37,474 nucleotides of DNA from an uncultured Bdellovibrionales bacterium (GTDB lineage Bacteria > Patescibacteriota > Minisyncoccia > Moranbacterales > GWC2-37-73). The notes under the pieces are model-generated. The model was not told where the DNA came from and searched no databases. It saw nothing but the letters and a program-made list of their open reading frames with translations. Shown in pieces: positions 8,963 to 14,261 of the stretch. The stretch spans positions 1-37,474 of the forward strand of contig CAZAJN010000078.1 in NCBI GenBank assembly GCA_964485555.1. The letters are read 5' to 3'. How positions within the stretch are numbered: the first letter of the stretch is position 1; every line of letters starts with the position of its first letter. The position numbers and the translations under genes were made by a program.

Positions 8963-9205
8963 CCTACAAACTTACAAAATTTTACAAAAATACGAAAATA
9001 CAAAATAAAAGGGTATTAATACCCCAGGGCAAGCCCTGGACCCTTTGGGCTCACGAGGCAAGCCTCGAGGTATTAAACCTTTTGATATCTGCGCTCGCTC
9101 GGAAATTGAAAAGAGTACTTTTCATTTCGCTCGACTTCGCTTGATAATAAAACGTGTGAATTTTTTGTACATTTGTATTTTTGTAAAATTTTGTACTTTT
9201 GTAGC
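8963..9205. repeat. ~44-bp imperfect terminal inverted repeats (W3, TACAAA/TTTGTA words) enclosing a 154-bp GC-richer core
   Basis: Left arm CCTACAAACTTACAAAATTTTACAAAAATACGAAAATACAAAAT (8963-9006) pairs with right arm TTTTTTGTACATTTGTATTTTTGTAAAATTTTGTACTTTTGTAGC (9161-9205). The core contains hairpins CCAGGG-CAAG-CCCTGG and CGAGG-CAAG-CCTCG. The same arms occur at 36226-36331 with only a 28-nt core. Confidence 0.7.
9087..9140 (-). repeat. CGAGCGA-hairpin-CGAGCGAG element, copy 2
   Basis: The reverse complement reads GCGAAGTCGAGCGAAA-[TGAAAAG AGTA? CTTTTCA]-ATTTCCGAGCGAGCGCAGAT and matches 287-333. Confidence 0.6.
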
Positions 9206-9213
9206 CTACTTAA

Positions 9214-9239
9214 AGAAAAAAGTCCGCTTTCCAGCGAAC
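9214..9239 (-). terminator. Intrinsic terminator after the pilin gene train
   Basis: Minus strand GTTCGCT-GGAA-AGCGGAC (7-bp stem with one G-U) followed by TTTTTTC, 145 nt downstream of the stop at 9384. Confidence 0.55.
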
Positions 9240-9383
9240 CCATCCCTACCTCTATCTATACGTAGTTTAGCAGAAAAACTTACAAATGTCAATCGATCAC
9301 ACTTAGAACCACACAGAACCACAAAATATATGCAATATTTTTATACTTTGTATTTTCTTAATCTTTTTGTAGTTTTGTAGAAA

Positions 9384-10802
9384 CTAGAAGAAGTACCCTT
9401 TGCTTCCCGACAATGCCGCAGAGACAGCTTGCAGAACAATGAAGCCTGAAAGGCCGACAATTATTCCAATAAGAGCGTATTTGGCGTTGTTTTTGGCTGT
9501 TTTCATTTGGTCATCACTGCCGGCGGCAGTTGTGTATTGAACGCCTGAAAGCACAAATGCGCCTATTGCCAAAGTCGTGAAAAGACCCATCAGCCATGAA
9601 AAGATGTTGGACAAAATCAGATAGATCGGCGCATCTGAAAGACCGGTGTTGGTTGGAAAACAAACTCCTCCAATATCTTTGAAATTCGTGGCACATTTTG
9701 GTGTTGTTGCTCCGCTAAGACCTGCAACATTTCCAAGGCCTCTATTGTTAGATGTTCCATTATTAATGACAGTGAGCGGAGCTCCAGAACTCCTGTTTGT
9801 TTCACATATTTGTCCCATGATGCCATTAGCACACAAAGTGAAACCGCTTCCACTGTTCACACTTGAATTTACTGCTTGAAGATCAGCCGGTGGCAATTGC
9901 GCAATTGTTCCACTTGGCAATGTTGCTTGCCCCGTCGTAGTGTTGATGCTTGTTCCAGCTGGATATGTTTTGCCAGCTGAATCAACCAGTTGGGTATTAG
10001 TTTTTACAGCTTGAGTTGTTGTGTTTGTCGTTGACCCCCCTGAAGAAGGTGTTTCGCTTGTTGTAGAAGTACTTGGTGTTGGCCGAGCTTCGCAAGTAGA
10101 AACAAAAATACCAGTACATACTAAGTCATCATTTGGAAATAAGCGGGCGCAATCCTTGTCAGTCATGCATTCAGTATCCGCCCAGAAACCATCCACCATG
10201 CAAATATCAGCAATACATTTATAGCCTTTTCCGAATTTTTGAGTACAACTCTCATCAGTTATGCATTCCTTAACATTTTGATCCGAGGTGCAAACCCCCT
10301 CCGTGCTGTCATATGAATATCCACCATCACAAACACATTCTCCTCCTGATAAATGTTCATGCGACTGACAAGTTATACTGGGAGCGCTATCAGAGGTGCA
10401 AACACCTTCTGTGCTGTCATATGAAAAGCCTTTAATGCAAGCGCAATCGTTAATCGAGTTTTCAAAGTAAGTGTTTGGCATAGGACAATCAGTATTCACC
10501 GATTGAACAGAGTTGCACGTATTATTATACCAATATCCGCCATTCTTCTGACAACATATCTCGGTACTGTAATCTCCCGAGCAATTATTATTATAATTAT
10601 CATAAACAGGCACATTTGGATCACCTGGATAGCCAGCGCAATCCTCAGGCGTCCCCCCATAGTCGTTTATGCATTCACTATACGTCAAATCATCCGCCAT
10701 ACTGATACCAACAAAAGTAATGCCAAGAAAGAAAAACATGGCCACAACCAAATAAATTTTGTTTTTTATTTTCATTTTTTTATTGCATGAACCATTACTC
10801 AT
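9384..10802 (-). CDS. Secreted Cys-rich adhesin-like protein fused to a C-terminal VirB2/TrbC-like two-TM pilin module (P1)
   Basis: 472 aa. Signal/anchor KIYLVVAMFFFLGITFVGISMA; about 190 aa with over 30 Cys and repeated modules (C.KGFSYDSTEGVCTSD / CDGGYSYDSTEGVCTSD; EC[IM]TD..C). A Thr/Ser linker (TPSTSTTSETPSSGGSTTNTTT) follows. The C-terminal module is LMGLFTTLAIGAFVLSGVQYTTAAGSDDQMKTAKNNAKYALIGIIVGLSGFIVLQAV. Confidence 0.8.
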   Translation of the reverse strand: MSNGSCNKKMKIKNKIYLVVAMFFFLGITFVGISMADDLTYSECINDYGGTPEDCAGYPGDPNVPVYDNYNNNCSGDYSTEICCQKNGGYWYNNTCNSVQSVNTDCPMPNTYFENSINDCACIKGFSYDSTEGVCTSDSAPSITCQSHEHLSGGECVCDGGYSYDSTEGVCTSDQNVKECITDESCTQKFGKGYKCIADICMVDGFWADTECMTDKDCARLFPNDDLVCTGIFVSTCEARPTPSTSTTSETPSSGGSTTNTTTQAVKTNTQLVDSAGKTYPAGTSINTTTGQATLPSGTIAQLPPADLQAVNSSVNSGSGFTLCANGIMGQICETNRSSGAPLTVINNGTSNNRGLGNVAGLSGATTPKCATNFKDIGGVCFPTNTGLSDAPIYLILSNIFSWLMGLFTTLAIGAFVLSGVQYTTAAGSDDQMKTAKNNAKYALIGIIVGLSGFIVLQAVSAALSGSKGYFF

Positions 10803-10822
10803 GATTCATAATTCATGATTCG
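10800..10822. repeat. Word-repeat spacer, family W1
   Basis: Sequence CATGATTCATAATTCATGATTCG, lying between P2 and P1. Confidence 0.7.
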
Positions 10823-10827
10823 ATATA

Positions 10828-11298
10828 TTAAAATGTTTTTGATCCACCACCAAGAAGAGCGGCCACTGCCTGCATGATGATGAACCCAGAAAGTCCAACA
10901 ATGATTCCGATGATTGAAGCAGTCATCCCCGCTTTTCCTTTTTTTGCATTGTCTTCATCTGCGCCAGCCAAAAGATAGAAAATTCCGGAAAGAACGAAAC
11001 CGACAATTCCTGCGATTGCAAAAACCGCCAACAGCCAAAACAAAAGATTTGAGGCAATTCCCAAAAGGCTTCCGCTTGGAAGACCGTATGGATTTGTCAG
11101 GGCCCAACCTCCGCCACTTCCTCCACCCCACACATTGGCAGCTCCGGAACCTCTCGATCCTACTCCAACATTGATGTTTCCAGTTGAACTGTTGTATCCA
11201 ACCCCCCATTCCTGAGCTAAGGCTAAAAATGGAGAAAGTGAAAAACCGATTATTGCCAAAGTCAGCGCGCAATAAAATTGATTGAGTTTCTTTTTCAT
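10828..11298 (-). CDS. VirB2/TrbC-like pilin paralog with Gly-rich ectodomain (P2)
   Basis: The ATG at 11298 gives signal peptide MKKKLNQFYCALTLAIIGFSLSPFLALA|QE; the ORF-track start at 11322 is TTG. A Gly/Ser/Asn-rich segment follows, then GLPSGSLLGIASNLLFWLLAVFAIAGIVGFVLSGIFYLLAGADEDNAKKGKAGMTASIIGIIVGLSGFIIMQAV...GGGSKTF. Confidence 0.8.
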   Translation of the reverse strand: MKKKLNQFYCALTLAIIGFSLSPFLALAQEWGVGYNSSTGNINVGVGSRGSGAANVWGGGSGGGWALTNPYGLPSGSLLGIASNLLFWLLAVFAIAGIVGFVLSGIFYLLAGADEDNAKKGKAGMTASIIGIIVGLSGFIIMQAVAALLGGGSKTF

Positions 11299-11379
11299 AT
11301 TTTTTATATTATAAAATGCCAAGATATTATTATATTAAAATTATAGCATAAAATTTTAATCATGCCTATATTTCTTGCA

Positions 11380-11403
11380 ACAAAAAACAGCCATCGCTGG
11401 CTG
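11380..11403 (-). terminator. Intrinsic terminator immediately after P3
   Basis: Minus strand CAGCCA-GCGA-TGGCTG followed by TTTTTTG, 56 nt downstream of the P3 stop. Confidence 0.55.
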
Positions 11404-11417
11404 CATTCTGAATATCC

Positions 11418-11450
11418 ATGTTTGCATGTTTAAATGCTTGCATGTTTATA
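11418..11450. repeat. Word-repeat spacer, family W4
   Basis: Sequence CATGTTTGCATGTTTAAATGCTTGCATGTTTATA. Confidence 0.7.
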
Positions 11451-11458
11451 TTTTTTCA

Positions 11459-11812
11459 CTAGAAGCTCTTTGAATTTCCTCCAAGCAATCCTTTGACAGC
11501 TTGAATGATGATGACTCCCAAAAGGGCAACAATAATACCGATAATTGAGTTGATCATCGTTCTCTTTCCGCGATCGATCTGACCTTCGTCTCCTGCAGCT
11601 GTCAAATAGATGATACCTGCAATAACAAATCCGATAACACCAAGAATTCCAACAACGATCAACAGCCAATTCATTCCGCTAGTGATGATTCCCAAAAGAC
11701 TTCCTGCTGGCAAACCTGTTCCCGTAGGCTCTTGGAATTGAGCCATGGCCAAAGCCGGCATCAATGCAAGAGAAGAAATCATTCCGTAGGCAATTTTTTT
11801 CATTTTTTTCAT
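11459..11812 (-). CDS. Short VirB2/TrbC-like pilin (P3), candidate major subunit
   Basis: 117 aa. Signal peptide MKKMKKIAYGMISSLALMPALAMA|QF. The mature protein of about 93 aa has two TM helices around the loop YLTAAGDEGQIDRGKR and a C-terminal GGNSKSF. A strong SD (AGGAGGTG) lies 6 nt upstream of the ATG. Confidence 0.85.
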   Translation of the reverse strand: MKKMKKIAYGMISSLALMPALAMAQFQEPTGTGLPAGSLLGIITSGMNWLLIVVGILGVIGFVIAGIIYLTAAGDEGQIDRGKRTMINSIIGIIVALLGVIIIQAVKGLLGGNSKSF

Positions 11813-11878
11813 GTTCGCACCTCCTTTTCTAGTTTTTATTTTTATTTCTTTTATTTAAACTTTCCAAAATTTATTTTC

Positions 11879-12160
11879 TCATTGAGCTTGAAAGAATTGT
11901 CCGATCAATCTCACCAGCACCATTCCGCCCAATGCCATCACTATGCCCAGAAAAGCATATTGGACATTTTTCTTCACCTTCCGCATGCGCTTTTCATCTC
12001 CAACAGAAGTCACATACATCATCGCCGAAACGACTAATGAAATTATAGCAATAATTCCAACAACTGACAACAAAAAATACAAAATATTCATCCCAATATT
12101 CGAAACCCTCGGCGCCTCGCTTATGACACCAGCCTGCGCCACGTCTATTAAACGAATCAT
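11879..12160 (-). CDS. VirB2/TrbC-like pilin module only, no obvious cleavable signal (P4)
   Basis: 93 aa: ILYFLLSVVGIIAIISLVVSAMMYVTSVGDEKRMRKVKKNVQYAFLGIVMALGGMVLV. It has the same TM-loop-TM pattern as P1-P3. Confidence 0.7.
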   Translation of the reverse strand: MIRLIDVAQAGVISEAPRVSNIGMNILYFLLSVVGIIAIISLVVSAMMYVTSVGDEKRMRKVKKNVQYAFLGIVMALGGMVLVRLIGQFFQAQ

Positions 12161-12163
12161 GAT

Positions 12164-12553
12164 TTATGAATCAAGAATTATGCTTCTCGTTTTCTTAAGC
12201 AAACCATTGATCAATTTATTAACTATTATTGTTCTCTCAGCTATTTGATTGAATTCATCATTTGAAATATATGAAACATCTCTTGCTATCAATAATTGAC
12301 TTTGCACCTCGGTAGCACTTCCAAGTGATATCGAATAAAACTGAAACTTTTCTTTGTAGGATGTCCTGCTAAAACCTTCGGCAATGTTGGACACAATTGA
12401 AACAGCCGCTCTGCGTATTTGATTTGTTAACCCAAAGACCTCTTCTTTAGGAAATTTTTTAGTCACCTCATAAATATCAAGAACTAAAATGTGAGCTTCT
12501 TTCCAAGCATTCAAGTCAGTAAAAGATTTTATCTTACTTGATTCCTGATTCAT
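12164..12553 (-). CDS. Four-helix-bundle protein (23S rRNA intervening-sequence protein / Avd-like family)
   Basis: 129 aa. Family-typical motifs: FTDLNAWKEAHILVLDIYEVTKKFPKEEVFGLTNQIRRAAVSIVSNIAEGFSR...FYSISLGSATEVQSQLLIARD. Both ends of the gene lie in W1 repeat words. Confidence 0.85.
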   Translation of the reverse strand: MNQESSKIKSFTDLNAWKEAHILVLDIYEVTKKFPKEEVFGLTNQIRRAAVSIVSNIAEGFSRTSYKEKFQFYSISLGSATEVQSQLLIARDVSYISNDEFNQIAERTIIVNKLINGLLKKTRSIILDS

Positions 12554-12559
12554 AATTCA

Positions 12560-14245
12560 TTATTCATTGTTCAATCTCAGGTTCACCACATTCCCAGGAC
12601 TATTATCGTTGCCAGAAGAATTAGCTCCTATGTGAAAATTTTGAACTTGCCTGAAATTCGGACTGGCTCCTTTTTTCTGTGCTTCTTTTTCCCGATAAAT
12701 TTTCAAAAGCATCTCGTCGCTCAATGTGTCCAGATTTCCACCTGCTGGTGTTTCAATTTTTGTCACAGGCTCTGCTTGACTCATGACGCGAGGCTGAGCA
12801 GGAGCATGTGACGGCACATCAAAAGAATCGCCATGTTCAATTTTCAGAGCTGTTGAAATCTTTCTTGCGTCATATTCAGCTGTTCCCATTGGCGGTTTGG
12901 AGCCCGGAATGCTGAAAACTTCTTCTTTTGCTTGAATTGGTGGTTGCTGAAAATTTTGAGGTCGCAGTGGTTTTTCATAGCGTTCATGATTCAAGACATT
13001 TTCAACTCGCGGAACATCTTGTTTGGGAGTTGCGACAAAATTTGGCGAAAAAGAAATGTTTTTCAAAACAACCGGTGGTTTTTCTTTTTGAAATGCATCC
13101 GCGACAGGGAGTTTTTCCGGCGCTTTCACAACAGAATTTTCTCGGTCATAGAATTTCTCAACATCATCCATCTTATGAATGAATTCAGCGCTAACGAAAT
13201 TCTTGTCTGCACTTTCCTTGTAAGTCTCATGGCTAGGCATGGTGACTGGATTCTTGGCCACTTTGACAGGAATTTCATTTTGCTGCGGACCAGTCTGCTG
13301 AGGAGCTTGCATTCCGGACTGCGAGGCAGCTGGTCGACTCATAAAATCAGGTCTGAGATCAACAACTTTGCCTTGCTGTTGATTCACCTGTGCCCTGATT
13401 TCCACATTTCGCTGATCGGCAAAATTATCAGTCTGAACTTCCTGTTTGTCAGCAGACACAGGATCAGGAATCCATGTTTTTGCAGGAACGCTTGAAACAG
13501 TTTCGTTTCTCGCTTCATTTTCAAAAACAACAACTTCTCTGATTGGATCTATTGTCAAAAGTGTCTGTTCATCCAGAGACTTCAAAATAGCGCCAAGTTT
13601 TTGTCGCTCAGGAGCAGTCAGTTTTTTTCCATTTTCCCCATGAAACAAATAGTTTCCGCGATCAATCGGACTGTGTTTTCCAGCCCCCATTGAATCATGA
13701 AAATCCTTGATCCAATTCTTGATCGAAGGCCTTATCGAATCTGAAAAATTTTGCAGCTTTATTAATCTCTCAGTTATTATTTGTTCATTAATTTTTGGAT
13801 ATTGAGCTATTGCTTGCCTTAGATCCAATTGAAAATATTTCGCCTCATTATTAATTAATTCACTCTCTGGCTCTGAAATCAATACCATGTTGAATATTTC
13901 GCCACTAATAATACTTGAAATTTGTTGCGCAGAGATAATATCTAAAGATGAAATTTTTTGTGATAGTGCAGGAAGTAAATCACTTTTCGAAATATTTTTA
14001 AAATAAACTTCCCTAATCAAACGAGAAAGTTCTCCAATTTCTTCCGGCTCAAGGTGAAACTGAATCGAAATACTTTTAATTATTACAGGAAGCTTTTTTG
14101 ATATTAATATTTTTTTATCATTTTCATCAAGCATGTCAAATCTGTTCCACCTAGATAGAATTTCTTGAACTGAATCATCTTCTCCAATATTTGAGGAAAC
14201 AATCATTGGAAAAAAATAATTTTCAATAGGGTTGTTATCTTCCAT
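12560..14245 (-). CDS. Hypothetical protein, 561 aa (structured N-terminal ~240 aa, then a long Pro/Gln-rich disordered region)
   Basis: A long uninterrupted ORF tightly packed between neighbours (6-nt and 16-nt gaps). I see no TM segment or recognisable catalytic motif. Confidence 0.7.
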   Translation of the reverse strand: MEDNNPIENYFFPMIVSSNIGEDDSVQEILSRWNRFDMLDENDKKILISKKLPVIIKSISIQFHLEPEEIGELSRLIREVYFKNISKSDLLPALSQKISSLDIISAQQISSIISGEIFNMVLISEPESELINNEAKYFQLDLRQAIAQYPKINEQIITERLIKLQNFSDSIRPSIKNWIKDFHDSMGAGKHSPIDRGNYLFHGENGKKLTAPERQKLGAILKSLDEQTLLTIDPIREVVVFENEARNETVSSVPAKTWIPDPVSADKQEVQTDNFADQRNVEIRAQVNQQQGKVVDLRPDFMSRPAASQSGMQAPQQTGPQQNEIPVKVAKNPVTMPSHETYKESADKNFVSAEFIHKMDDVEKFYDRENSVVKAPEKLPVADAFQKEKPPVVLKNISFSPNFVATPKQDVPRVENVLNHERYEKPLRPQNFQQPPIQAKEEVFSIPGSKPPMGTAEYDARKISTALKIEHGDSFDVPSHAPAQPRVMSQAEPVTKIETPAGGNLDTLSDEMLLKIYREKEAQKKGASPNFRQVQNFHIGANSSGNDNSPGNVVNLRLNNE

Positions 14246-14261
14246 AAATCTAAACTTGAAA

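Noticed and set aside
9211-9300. RNase P RNA-like motifs (GAAAAAAGTCCG... and CACAGAACCAC, reminiscent of the P4 strands).
   Set aside because: The two motifs are only about 80 nt apart, and the other universally conserved RNase P elements are missing. The first motif is better explained as a terminator hairpin for the pilin operon.
8935-9380. Plus-strand ORFs of 69 and 111 aa in the nusA-P1 spacer.
   Set aside because: They span the inverted-repeat arms, the GC-rich hairpins and the terminator. Their composition and lack of an SD argue against coding, so the region is treated as repeat/ncRNA-like instead.
9384-12553. Diversity-generating retroelement, suggested by an Avd-like four-helix-bundle gene next to repeat-containing surface proteins.
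   Set aside because: The window holds no reverse-transcriptase ORF. The internal DNA repeats of P1 (about 10275-10330 versus 10384-10440) differ at several base types rather than only at template adenines. No TR/VR pair is evident.
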